Virus record (IMG/VR): IMGVR_UViG_3300034061_002572
Location: 32,001-96,000 of that record
Length of the DNA: 64,000 nt
Strand: one strand, 5' to 3'
Origin: a virus
Both the position numbers and the translations under genes were made by a program. Below, piece after piece: positions 31,940 through 41,516 of this stretch (position 1 is its first letter; each line of letters opens with the position of its first letter). The notes below the pieces were generated by a model. It was not told the DNA's origin. It was given only the letters and a program-made list of their open reading frames with translations, and did not search any database.

Positions 31940-32524
31940 TTAAGCTGGAACTTCATAAAGCTTTCCCCATGTTTCAATTGAAGCTATAACAAGTGTATTA
32001 CCTGTACAGTCAATAACAATACCTTTGTCTAGTATTCTATCTAATATTTCTGCTTTAGATGAAGGATCAACAGTTTGTAAATTAAATGCAGATGAAATAC
32101 AGTCAGCAAGTATACACAAATAAGAAGAACCACTTCCATCTAAACCAATAGCACCTGTTTCAACAATACCTTTATCTAGTAGATTATTAATCTGTGCTCC
32201 ACTAAGATTTAATTCTGAAATCATTTGTGCATAGCAATTTTCAAAACTAGGATTGTCACATGGATCAGGATAAGCTGGTCGTCCTTCTTGGGTTTCAGTA
32301 AACTTTAAATACGTTTCTATAGATGCTTTAATATTATAACAACACTCAAGTTCATAACTGATTATTTCTGCATATTTATTAAATGTTTCAACTGAGGCCA
32401 AAACATACCGGCCACATGGAGGACAACAAAAATTATCAGGTATAGAACTAACTGAACCTTCATCTAATATTACATCAACAATAGCTGCTACAGAATTAGA
32501 AGGACTGGTATGAAATACAGGCAT
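31940..32524 (-). CDS. Cys-containing repeat protein, putative structural
   Basis: Three copies each of [IL]LD[KE]G and AS[VI]ET[FYW]; CCPPC. Confidence 0.55.
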   Translation of the reverse strand: MPVFHTSPSNSVAAIVDVILDEGSVSSIPDNFCCPPCGRYVLASVETFNKYAEIISYELECCYNIKASIETYLKFTETQEGRPAYPDPCDNPSFENCYAQMISELNLSGAQINNLLDKGIVETGAIGLDGSGSSYLCILADCISSAFNLQTVDPSSKAEILDRILDKGIVIDCTGNTLVIASIETWGKLYEVPA

Positions 32525-32556
32525 ATTTTATAGTTTTAATTATTATCATTATTATA

Positions 32557-33327
32557 TTAGGCTGGTACTTCGCATCCATCATTTACCACAAATGATGTAA
32601 ATGGTGACTGTAAAGATGAGTATGTACCTGCTGGACAACCGATAGGTCCTGATAGGACAGCTTTAGCATTAGAAGAATTACCTAACTCAAGACTTAAATA
32701 CCACTTGCTTTGAACATCATTATACCACAAATAGTATGTGTCACCGTCAACTTCTATTTCATAACTGAAAGTTGAATTGAATAAACCTGTAGGATCATAT
32801 TGTTCAGGATCTGCCTCAGGAGTAGAGTTAATAGATATACAATAACAACTTGCATTACAAGATCCTTCAATAGCTATGTTAAATAGATACTGAATAGGAT
32901 TAACACCACAACCAGTACATGGTATACAATATTTAGGTTCACTACAATCTGTAGTTACTCCACAGGGACTTTCAAATTTTTCTGCATCCTCACATTCTGC
33001 TAGTGTAGCAAATTCTCCACTTGTGTTATCTAATTGAACACAGTCACAACCTTCTGCTTTCCAACTTATTGATGGAGGAGGAGGAGGGGTTTGACAAAAA
33101 TAATTAATCAATTGATTTAGTGCATCTGACATGTTTGTATTTGTATCTACTATAACATCGTCTCCACATACTATAGGATCACCTGTATATACTACACATT
33201 GTGCATCAAATACTTCTGAACATGGTTCCGGTGTAATGCATCCTTCTGGTGTAGGACACGGTGCCGGAGTTGTAAGAGCTTTGTCTTCACATCCACAATT
33301 TTTACATTTATTTTTTATTGTTGCCAT
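32557..33327 (-). CDS. Cys-rich putative fibre/spike protein
   Basis: About 10% Cys; CSEVFDAQCVVYTGDPIVC resembles the N-terminal domain of the neighbouring paralogues; poly-Pro linker. Confidence 0.5.
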   Translation of the reverse strand: MATIKNKCKNCGCEDKALTTPAPCPTPEGCITPEPCSEVFDAQCVVYTGDPIVCGDDVIVDTNTNMSDALNQLINYFCQTPPPPPSISWKAEGCDCVQLDNTSGEFATLAECEDAEKFESPCGVTTDCSEPKYCIPCTGCGVNPIQYLFNIAIEGSCNASCYCISINSTPEADPEQYDPTGLFNSTFSYEIEVDGDTYYLWYNDVQSKWYLSLELGNSSNAKAVLSGPIGCPAGTYSSLQSPFTSFVVNDGCEVPA

Positions 33328-33337
33328 TATAAATATT

Positions 33338-35047
33338 TTAAGGAGCTACACATGGATTAGGTGTTGGTATGACTGCGGCACATGGATTAATAAATGCTCT
33401 CATACCATCTAGTCTAATTATAAATCCTCCCATTTGATCAGCTCTACCACAGTTTTGACTAAATGCCCAAGTATCTGCTACAGCAGTAATCTCAGGAGAA
33501 TATGTTCCTGCTGAAGCTGCATTATAATTTGAAGGTGCTACTGGTGTAAATGTTGGAACATTTTCTCCGGCAATCGGATTACTTATCAAGTGTCTACCAA
33601 TTCCACTATATTCCCAACCAGAAATATTAGATGTATAAGACTCATCAAAAATAGGACCTTCCCAAGATAAAACACCTGTACTTGAAATTGATAGATTTCC
33701 TAGTGTGTGAAGAACTGCATTCTTATTACCAGTTGTTCTTACTGTTCTAAAAGCAATTATTCTTGTACCTCCACCAACTGTATATGCACCATCAAAAGTT
33801 TGTGCTGGAGCAAGGATACCTGTTGGAATAACTGAGTTACCTAAATTAAAATTAAAACCGATACCCACATTTCCAGGAGCCCATGCAGCACCGTTGTATG
33901 TAATTATTTCACAAGAATCATCGTCATTGAAAGATTGAACTGTATTAAATGTATTACCATATTGTAATGGAATATAATCATCTGAATCTGTTGACATATT
34001 TATATTACCACCTCCTCCAGAATTTGCATTACCCATTGGAACAACAGCATATCCTCTAAAATGAACTTCATTTCCAATTCTTCTACACTGTGGTCTATTA
34101 GGATTAGCATTCATAAATTTAAAACCAATTAAATTAATCCATCCTGTATCTTGAACTGTAGCTGTTAAAGTTCCTGAAGTATATGTTAAATTTACAGTGG
34201 TTGTGTCTGCAACTGTAATTCCTATATCTAAATTATCTACATAGTTAAACATATCACATAATACAACCCATATATTATTTATCGCATCTGCAACTGAATT
34301 GTAATTAGCATCTTTTATCCAATCGGGATTTGTACCATATGATGTTCCTGTTGATAATTGCAGTGTTCCATCTGAAATACACTTTTGAGCTACAGCAGCT
34401 AATAATTCAGTTGTTGTACCAGTTGCTACATAAAATGGGCACCACACAGTGTTTAAGAATGTACTTACTAAAGTATCAACAGATACTTGAGTTCCAATAC
34501 CATACGGACCTATTTGACATGTTAAAGTAATTTTAGGTAATTCATAAACCGGTAAATCATTAATTTGTTCTTGTAAGTCATTTGTTATATTAACAAGATT
34601 TGCTATAGAAACATCTATAAGTTGAATTTCAGAAATTATATTACAAATTTTACTAGCAATCATCTGTACATAATCTAATAATTGCATAGTAGTTTGAGTA
34701 CCTTGTACAAAGCATGGAGCCACAGATACAACACAATCAGGGCATCCTGCAGAACCTCCTGTACCAGGGTCAATTTCATTTTGCTCACATATTTTATTAA
34801 TTAGTAAGTCCATAAGAGCTTTAAAATCTTCAGGAGGATTGTCTCCTATAGATAAACAAGCAAGATCATAATTACTAACATTTGTTTGATCTAATAGATC
34901 ACATAGTTCTTGAGCTAATTTTGCAATTATTTCAGAAACAGAATCACCAGCACAAAGTTTTATACATGGAATATCTGGTCCCTGCCAAATTACACAATTG
35001 CTTGATATTGGACTACATGTTTTATTATCTATGTTTAGTGGTTTCAT
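33338..35047 (-). CDS. Cys-rich tail fibre/spike protein
   Basis: Shared N-terminal MKPLN..K.CSPISSNC..WQGPDIPCIKLC domain, coiled coil, DTGWINL...CRRIGNEVHFRG fibre-tip pattern. Confidence 0.6.
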   Translation of the reverse strand: MKPLNIDNKTCSPISSNCVIWQGPDIPCIKLCAGDSVSEIIAKLAQELCDLLDQTNVSNYDLACLSIGDNPPEDFKALMDLLINKICEQNEIDPGTGGSAGCPDCVVSVAPCFVQGTQTTMQLLDYVQMIASKICNIISEIQLIDVSIANLVNITNDLQEQINDLPVYELPKITLTCQIGPYGIGTQVSVDTLVSTFLNTVWCPFYVATGTTTELLAAVAQKCISDGTLQLSTGTSYGTNPDWIKDANYNSVADAINNIWVVLCDMFNYVDNLDIGITVADTTTVNLTYTSGTLTATVQDTGWINLIGFKFMNANPNRPQCRRIGNEVHFRGYAVVPMGNANSGGGGNINMSTDSDDYIPLQYGNTFNTVQSFNDDDSCEIITYNGAAWAPGNVGIGFNFNLGNSVIPTGILAPAQTFDGAYTVGGGTRIIAFRTVRTTGNKNAVLHTLGNLSISSTGVLSWEGPIFDESYTSNISGWEYSGIGRHLISNPIAGENVPTFTPVAPSNYNAASAGTYSPEITAVADTWAFSQNCGRADQMGGFIIRLDGMRAFINPCAAVIPTPNPCVAP

Positions 35048-35061
35048 ATGTTCTATTATAT

Positions 35062-35090
35062 AATATACTAAAAATATTTAAGAATTGCAA
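35062..35090 (-). promoter_or_regulatory. Putative promoter TTGCAA-N17-TATATT
   Basis: Intergenic, upstream of the ATG at 35047; same geometry as the 31817 and 40327 sites. Confidence 0.55.
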
Positions 35091-35094
35091 CATA

Positions 35095-35898
35095 TCAGCA
35101 AGAAAGTACAATACCTAATGTGTTTAAAGCAGATACAACTTGTGCCATATAGTATGCTGGAGTTGATCCAGCTGTTACATCTAGCTGATAAGTAAAGTTA
35201 GTACCGACATAATCACTAACATTAAATGGTGGTGTATATACTCCGGTATCAACAAATGTTGCTTCTGTTAATCCTCTAAATCCAGGATATGAACCAGGAC
35301 CTGTATTAACTCTAAATGCACAACTTTTTAATGTATACGTAAAAGATGCAAGATTTGCTCTTAATGTAGAAATATCAGCATCGTATTCTGGAGTTTTAAT
35401 TGCATTATTAAATGGTTGACCAATACCACCATAACCATATTCATTTGATTCATCAGCAAAAGTTAAATTAATAACTTGATTTACAGTTGTATCAACTGTT
35501 CTATTAAAGTTTCTTTCTGTAGCAAAACATCTTACAAATCTTTCATTATAATCCCAAGATGGAGCATTAGACATATTTAAAACTTTTACTCTTTCATTAT
35601 AAAGTACAGGATCATTATTGTAAATAGGTAATAAACATGTTTGAAGTAATGTAGATCGCATAGTTTGTAATGGTGGTAATGTAGAATTCATTGATCCAGA
35701 GTTATCAAACCAAATGTTAATTTCTGTATTGCTTGATATAATATTACATATTACTTGACACCACTGACTTCCATCCCAATATCGTACTGCACAATCATGA
35801 GGGTTCAGTAATTGCCAACCTGAAGGAGTTTTTATATTAACATTACAGTCACATATATCTACCCAGTTTGCACCATTAAAAATTTGATACCTACTCAT
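35095..35898 (-). CDS. Putative fibre-associated protein with VWA-like (MIDAS) domain
   Basis: IWFDNSGSM (DxSxS) and NLTFADE; short W/C-rich N-terminal repeats. Confidence 0.5.
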   Translation of the reverse strand: MSRYQIFNGANWVDICDCNVNIKTPSGWQLLNPHDCAVRYWDGSQWCQVICNIISSNTEINIWFDNSGSMNSTLPPLQTMRSTLLQTCLLPIYNNDPVLYNERVKVLNMSNAPSWDYNERFVRCFATERNFNRTVDTTVNQVINLTFADESNEYGYGGIGQPFNNAIKTPEYDADISTLRANLASFTYTLKSCAFRVNTGPGSYPGFRGLTEATFVDTGVYTPPFNVSDYVGTNFTYQLDVTAGSTPAYYMAQVVSALNTLGIVLSC

Positions 35899-35907
35899 AT
35901 AATAATT

Positions 35908-36396
35908 TTATGCAGGAGGACATGATTCAATCCAAATATCACCAGCTTTAATTTGATTGTTTCCTGAAATATAGTTTACACCAAAACCTTGAACTGTTCC
36001 GTATAAAGTATTAAAGTCAGTAAGTGTTGGCTCAGTTGATTGTACAAATACAGCCACACCTCTTCCAGAATAACCATTTGTTCCGTTTGTACCTGGAGTT
36101 CCCGTTACTCCTGGTGGTCCTTCTATTACTTGAATTGAACATATTTTATTAATAAGTAATTGTATTAGCTCTTGTGTGTTAGCTGGAACGCGACCTGTAG
36201 TAAGACATGTAAGATCATATGAACCAGGATCTAAAGAATCTAATAGATTACATAATTCTGTTGCTAATGCAGCTACTACATCAGATATTGTATCCCCATT
36301 GCATAACTTAATACAAGGTATGTCAGGACCTTGCCATACTATACAGTTTGAAGATATTGGAGAACAAGGTTTAGTGTCTAAATTTAAAGGTTTCAT
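35908..36396 (-). CDS. Short fibre protein with collagen-like repeat
   Basis: N-terminus paralogous to 33338..35047; GPPGVTGTPGTNGTNGYSGRG; C-terminal GDIWI. Confidence 0.6.
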   Translation of the reverse strand: MKPLNLDTKPCSPISSNCIVWQGPDIPCIKLCNGDTISDVVAALATELCNLLDSLDPGSYDLTCLTTGRVPANTQELIQLLINKICSIQVIEGPPGVTGTPGTNGTNGYSGRGVAVFVQSTEPTLTDFNTLYGTVQGFGVNYISGNNQIKAGDIWIESCPPA

Positions 36397-36399
36397 ATT

Positions 36400-38142
36400 T
36401 TATATATTAGTGCTGCAAGATTTTAATGTTGTGTTGCATCCGCATCCACATGTTGATGTATTATCACAGCAAGACTGAACAGGTGTACACTCATAATCAG
36501 GGTCCGTTGCTCCTTGTAAATCTGCTAGTTCTTTTTTTATAATCCACTTCTCTCCGGCATCAACATCTGGACAACAGTTGCTTATACCGTATCTTTTTTC
36601 AAGAACTATCTTATAAAATATCTCTGATGATTTACATGCGTACTTTTCATATTTTTCTGGATCACATGAAGGAACTGAATAACCAGGTTTAATTTTTCTT
36701 TTACTTCTATCTAATGGACAATAGTAACTATCACTTTCTTCATTTACTAAACAGTCTCCAAATGTTTGAAGAGAATCAGTTTCAGGCCAAGTTACCTTCC
36801 ATTGCTTAACACATCTTTTAGAACTAGATGTATTTGGTTCCAAAGTAAATTCAATTTCTTCGTCATTACAATCTATATATTCATATGTTTTTGCTGTAGT
36901 TGCAAAATTTGTAATTTTATTGCATATACAGTCTGCTTGTGGATTACATTCTGGACAAGTGTCATACTCATTTGTAACAAGAATAGAAATTGGATTTACA
37001 GGTTCTCTTGTTGTACCATCAATTTCAAAACAAGTTTTATAACCTTTGATTTTTATAATTTTTCCTAGATATTCAAATATATCTGTATCAGTATATATTA
37101 TATTATTTGGACTATTACAATCTACTAATTTATAATATGTTTTTTTACAATCCTTACAATTTTTAAACACAAAGTCAATTACTATAGGTTGTGTTGAAGG
37201 CGGTATATAATTTATTTCACTTACAGTCCAGCAATCACCACAATCTAACTGTACTGTTTTACTAACATACTCTGAAAAATCTTCAGTACTGTATTTAGAA
37301 ATATATTGATTATCACAACTTGTAAATTTATAAGCAATAATTGGAAGACAGCTTGGGCAATCATTAAAACTTTCAGAAACAGTAACAGCCACAGCACACT
37401 CACAATTTTCATATAATGCTTCTATTTCCCAACAACCATCATTACCAGTAATCTTTATTATTTTTTCATTTTGGTAATTATCAAATAATGCTGAACTATA
37501 CGAAACAACAAGTTCTTGTTCTGTTTTACAATTTATTAATTTAAAACATACTGGAACTGGAGGTGGAACAGGACATTCTTCACAACTTGCTACAGAAGTA
37601 AGAGCTGTTACTTCTTGCCATTCAAGTTTAATATCATCCTCATCTGGATCAGGATTAGCTAACTCAAAATATGCACACCCTTCCCAAATAGGAGTAGAAA
37701 GTTCGGTAAATAGTTCTGTAATACCATCCTCTACATAATCTTCAAATAATCCAGCAGGACCGGGTTCTCCATTATTTTGAATATAAACATTTTCACCACC
37801 TATTGTAATAGGAAGATTATTAGAACAATTTTTTAAAATATAATAGTCTGGATCACATGACAGACAGCTTTCAGCCATGGGTAATGGTGTAGGTGTTATT
37901 ATCCAATTATAAAATGCTGGAGGAATAAACCCTACACTTGTTATATTAAAACAACCTGTAATAGGAGAACCTAAACCATCTACAGTAATTTGTGTTACTA
38001 TTAGATCTTCATAATATGAAGGAGGAAAATCAGGTGGAACAAAAGGAGGTAAATACCGTATATATAGTATCTGTCCAGAAACCTCATAAGGAAGACCTGT
38101 TTTACAATCATTAAGAGTATACCAAAGTGGTTGAGTAGCCAT
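36400..38142 (-). CDS. Cys-rich repeat protein, putative fibre/hub
   Basis: About five to six ~65-90 aa repeats Y.L..C...C[WF].I...C..C. Confidence 0.55.
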   Translation of the reverse strand: MATQPLWYTLNDCKTGLPYEVSGQILYIRYLPPFVPPDFPPSYYEDLIVTQITVDGLGSPITGCFNITSVGFIPPAFYNWIITPTPLPMAESCLSCDPDYYILKNCSNNLPITIGGENVYIQNNGEPGPAGLFEDYVEDGITELFTELSTPIWEGCAYFELANPDPDEDDIKLEWQEVTALTSVASCEECPVPPPVPVCFKLINCKTEQELVVSYSSALFDNYQNEKIIKITGNDGCWEIEALYENCECAVAVTVSESFNDCPSCLPIIAYKFTSCDNQYISKYSTEDFSEYVSKTVQLDCGDCWTVSEINYIPPSTQPIVIDFVFKNCKDCKKTYYKLVDCNSPNNIIYTDTDIFEYLGKIIKIKGYKTCFEIDGTTREPVNPISILVTNEYDTCPECNPQADCICNKITNFATTAKTYEYIDCNDEEIEFTLEPNTSSSKRCVKQWKVTWPETDSLQTFGDCLVNEESDSYYCPLDRSKRKIKPGYSVPSCDPEKYEKYACKSSEIFYKIVLEKRYGISNCCPDVDAGEKWIIKKELADLQGATDPDYECTPVQSCCDNTSTCGCGCNTTLKSCSTNI

Positions 38143-38357
38143 TAGGTAGTAAATTTATTTAAGTTTTTATATCTTTCCTTACCCCATAGGTTAAGTTTGT
38201 TACCTGTTACAGTTTTCTTTGGAGTAACTGTCTCAGTTTCTTTAGTTGTCTTTACTGGTTTATTTACACAATTAGTACAAGCACTTTTACCATCTGATGT
38301 TGTTCTTCTCTGACATCCGCAAGTAATTTTTGATCCACAGTTTGGACATTTTGACAT
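38142..38357 (-). CDS. Small Zn-binding protein
   Basis: CPNC...CGC...CTNC with a basic tail. Confidence 0.55.
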   Translation of the reverse strand: MSKCPNCGSKITCGCQRRTTSDGKSACTNCVNKPVKTTKETETVTPKKTVTGNKLNLWGKERYKNLNKFTT

Positions 38358-38376
38358 ATTTGTTGGTTTTAAAAGT

Positions 38377-38943
38377 TTAACAATTTGTACAAGACATTTT
38401 ATTTAAAAGCTTTAATGCATAATTATATAAGCTCATTCCTTTTTGTGGCTCATGACAAAACTCTACTTTTGACTTAGCAGCATCAAGAAACATTTTTATA
38501 AGTCTTAGTTCCTCAAGAATTTTTTTAACTTTTGCCGGAGGATCACATGCATTAGCATCTACATCACACAATATCTTATAATATTTATTCATTGCTTGAG
38601 TCACTCTCATATAGTTATACTCTACATACACTTGATCATTAGGAGATACACTATACTTAATGACATATATTCCATCTGGAATATCTAAATACTGGGTTTC
38701 ACAATTAGTACTTTGTAATTTTAAATCACAAGCTGTTAATGTTATATGACCATTATCAACAAAATCATCCATTACATCACCTTCAATCTGAACTGAATAA
38801 TTAAATCCAGGTACTGTTATATTTAGTGTAGGACAAGATATTGGTAACAAAGGGTTCATAGCATAAACACTTGTATCAAATATCTTCATGATACATGAGT
38901 TCATTACAAACGGAACCTCTAAACTTAATACATGATTTGCCAT
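38377..38943 (-). CDS. Putative tail hub/fibre attachment protein
   Basis: IPDGIYVIKYSV motif plus a helical C-terminus; structural block. Confidence 0.45.
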   Translation of the reverse strand: MANHVLSLEVPFVMNSCIMKIFDTSVYAMNPLLPISCPTLNITVPGFNYSVQIEGDVMDDFVDNGHITLTACDLKLQSTNCETQYLDIPDGIYVIKYSVSPNDQVYVEYNYMRVTQAMNKYYKILCDVDANACDPPAKVKKILEELRLIKMFLDAAKSKVEFCHEPQKGMSLYNYALKLLNKMSCTNC

Positions 38944-38954
38944 AATGAAATAAT

Positions 38955-38989
38955 AAAAAAGGGGAGGAGTATGAAACTCAGCTCCCCTT
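38955..38989 (-). terminator. Rho-independent terminator
   Basis: AAGGGGAG(CT)GAGT-ttcat-ACTCCTCCCCTT followed by a T-run. Confidence 0.75.
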
Positions 38990-39010
38990 AATTTGTTTTA
39001 TTTTATAAAA

Positions 39011-40291
39011 TTAAACTGCAGGGCAATTATTACAACCAGGGTAATTATAAGTTGGTTCACACGCAGTAACACAACTTTCTTCTTCTAATTCTACACAGTC
39101 AGACCCAGTACTTGATAACCAACCATTAACAAAATTTTGAAATTCAACTATTTCACCATCAGTGATGATCTCTAATAAGTATTGATCATTGTCAAATGTA
39201 CTAGTTGGGTTATTGAAACGTGGAACATTATGTAACAAATAGTATCTTGTATACAAGTTGTTACGGTTAATGTAATCAAACACACTGTATCCTTGTGTAA
39301 TCTCACGAATCCTGAAATCACTGTGGAAGAAGTTTTGTCTGTATTGTTCAGATAAGATTAGATCTCTTGCGACTGATTCTCCAAGACCCATAGCTTGTCT
39401 ACCTTCACATTCTTTAACAACACATAGTTGATTAAATAAACATGGATCACCATTAAGATCAACTTCAGAAGCATAGATTCTAACTGGCTCAACTTCATAG
39501 AAGTCAGTCAATTGGAATGTACAGTTTTCAAATTTAGTGTCTACATAAGCACCAACTAATACTAAACCTGCACATTCGCCTTCTTCATATCCTTCAGATA
39601 CATAGTTGTCCCAAGTATCACCACCATTAACTGCTAACCAAGCCGCATCTGTTCCTGGTGCGTACCATCTATCACCAGCTTGATCAATTACAATTGGTAA
39701 CAAGAATGGAGAGATAACCGGGTATCTTACAATTGCTTCAGCCCATTGAATAAAAATTAAAGTTGAGTCAATTTCTACTGGAGCAATTGCACCTTCTGGA
39801 CAACATCCTCCATATGCAGAAGCAATAATATATGAGTTGTGGTTAAGTAATCTTAAAGCAGGAGAACCTTTAACATCAACACGTAATGTGTAAGTCTCAC
39901 CACAGTAGAATTTTTTACAACAACCAGGGTTTTCATCCGTGTATGCTGTACTACCTAAATGAACTATTTCATTTTGTGGTTGACATGGATCTACACGGTA
40001 GAATTTGTTAACGTACTTAGGGTTAATTGTTTTAGACTTGTTAGACTCTAGATACCCTCCGTGGAAAGGACCAATTTTGTCTTTTTGATAAATAGAACCA
40101 GATGCTAACACTAAAGGACATGTTGCTCCAGCATCTGAAGGTATAATTTCCCAAGTTTTTGCATCCACAAATGCAAACTGCCCACCTTCTAGGATATTAC
40201 CTGGAGTACCTAGTTTACCAGATAAGCCTTCCGGATTAAATCCTGCAGTACCTACAAAGGTCTTTTGAAAAGCGTGATTAAAATAAGCCAT
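39011..40291 (-). CDS. Putative auxiliary capsid/structural protein
   Basis: 426 aa, with its own promoter and terminator (suggests high expression); KSKTINPKYV, CGETYTLRVDVKG; crAss-like synteny. Confidence 0.5.
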   Translation of the reverse strand: MAYFNHAFQKTFVGTAGFNPEGLSGKLGTPGNILEGGQFAFVDAKTWEIIPSDAGATCPLVLASGSIYQKDKIGPFHGGYLESNKSKTINPKYVNKFYRVDPCQPQNEIVHLGSTAYTDENPGCCKKFYCGETYTLRVDVKGSPALRLLNHNSYIIASAYGGCCPEGAIAPVEIDSTLIFIQWAEAIVRYPVISPFLLPIVIDQAGDRWYAPGTDAAWLAVNGGDTWDNYVSEGYEEGECAGLVLVGAYVDTKFENCTFQLTDFYEVEPVRIYASEVDLNGDPCLFNQLCVVKECEGRQAMGLGESVARDLILSEQYRQNFFHSDFRIREITQGYSVFDYINRNNLYTRYYLLHNVPRFNNPTSTFDNDQYLLEIITDGEIVEFQNFVNGWLSSTGSDCVELEEESCVTACEPTYNYPGCNNCPAV

Positions 40292-40326
40292 TGTTTTTTG
40301 TTTTAGTTAATAAATAAATATAGTAT

Positions 40327-40355
40327 AATATAATAAAAGTTTTTTAATTATCCAA
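40327..40355 (-). promoter_or_regulatory. Putative promoter TTGGAT-N17-TATATT
   Basis: Intergenic, upstream of the ATG at 40291. Confidence 0.55.
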
Positions 40356-40356
40356 A

Positions 40357-40809
40357 TTATTTTAAGAAAAGTAATTTGTATTTAATAGAATTAATTGTAG
40401 ACTTGATAGTATCTAGATCATTTACTATTTCTGAGTATGGCATTTTAGCTTGTAACTTGTTTACCATTTCATAGATTTCTCTAATGTAATCTAAACTTTC
40501 TTGTACTGAGTTAAGTGTTCTTGGAGCTACTTCAGAGTAAGTAAGTAACTTCTCTGTTGCTCCTTGGTATCCTTCTGCTAAATCATCAGCATGTCCGGGT
40601 AATGCATCATATAACTCATTAAGAGCTTTGTGAGCTGCATATGATCCAGTACCAGTTACTTTAAGATGTAGTTTGTGAATACTGGTTGCAGCATTCATAA
40701 GTTCAGATACACATGCTGCTGTCATAGTATCTACAGAGCCTCCCGCAGGAGCACTAGAGGATAAAGCACTAGTTGCAGCATCTCTTTTTAACATTCTAGG
40801 TTTTTCCAT
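40357..40809 (-). CDS. Ferritin/Dps-like protein (DUF5856-like)
   Basis: HKLHL..TG..SYAAHKALNELYD...DDLAE: Dps-type ferroxidase-site pattern. Confidence 0.7.
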   Translation of the reverse strand: MEKPRMLKRDAATSALSSSAPAGGSVDTMTAACVSELMNAATSIHKLHLKVTGTGSYAAHKALNELYDALPGHADDLAEGYQGATEKLLTYSEVAPRTLNSVQESLDYIREIYEMVNKLQAKMPYSEIVNDLDTIKSTINSIKYKLLFLK

Positions 40810-40814
40810 TTTTA

Positions 40815-41513
40815 TTAGTTATTACGTTCAGCTCCTTCTGTACCTCTAGAGAATTGGTTTCCAGACTCAATATCTCCAGCAAGTATACTCACAGCCTCAT
40901 CTATTATTAATTCTATTATATCATCTTTAAATTCAGACTCTACTTCTGCAGGAGATGCTACACCAGTATAAGGATCTACACAACCTTGGATTTGAATTTT
41001 AATTGGCTGTCTATAATATATAAGGTCAGCGGTTTGTATCTCAAATTCTCCGTTAGTATAAATGTTGACTCCATTACCTTTTAATGTAGCAAATGTTTCT
41101 GCCCATTCAAAGTTAGGTTGCTTAGCTTTATCTCTTAGAAGTTGATTTAAGTTTCCTTCCTCTGCCAAATACACAGTCATTCTTCTTTTATCACAACATC
41201 CTTTGTTGGCAAATACATCTACTCTTTTCCATTGAAGGTATTCTGCAGGGATAGTTCCTCTGTAGTAATATTCTTTATTCTGGATAGGAAGAGTAACTGT
41301 AGTTAATAAAGCTTGTAAATCATCTTTTCTCCGGGTAGATTGTTCATCACCTTCTTTAACTTGATTAATGCCATGAAGCTGTCTCCGGGTCCATTCAACC
41401 TGAGCTTTATTAAAAGCCTCCACAACTTGCCAGCATTCTATATTATCATAGTCTTGGCTGTCAAGCTTATTGATTCTTTGTTTTAACTTTATGGTAATAG
41501 TACTATTAAGCAT
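40815..41513 (-). CDS. Head-tail ring / tail tubular protein
   Basis: AFNKAQ, LIYYRQP, IIDEAV motifs typical of crAss-like ring proteins. Confidence 0.6.
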   Translation of the reverse strand: MLNSTITIKLKQRINKLDSQDYDNIECWQVVEAFNKAQVEWTRRQLHGINQVKEGDEQSTRRKDDLQALLTTVTLPIQNKEYYYRGTIPAEYLQWKRVDVFANKGCCDKRRMTVYLAEEGNLNQLLRDKAKQPNFEWAETFATLKGNGVNIYTNGEFEIQTADLIYYRQPIKIQIQGCVDPYTGVASPAEVESEFKDDIIELIIDEAVSILAGDIESGNQFSRGTEGAERNN

Positions 41514-41516
41514 GTC

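Noticed and set aside
32525-32559. Read-through fusion of 32557..33327 with 31940..32524
   Set aside because: Different frames separated by a 32 nt AT-rich gap; no obvious slippery site
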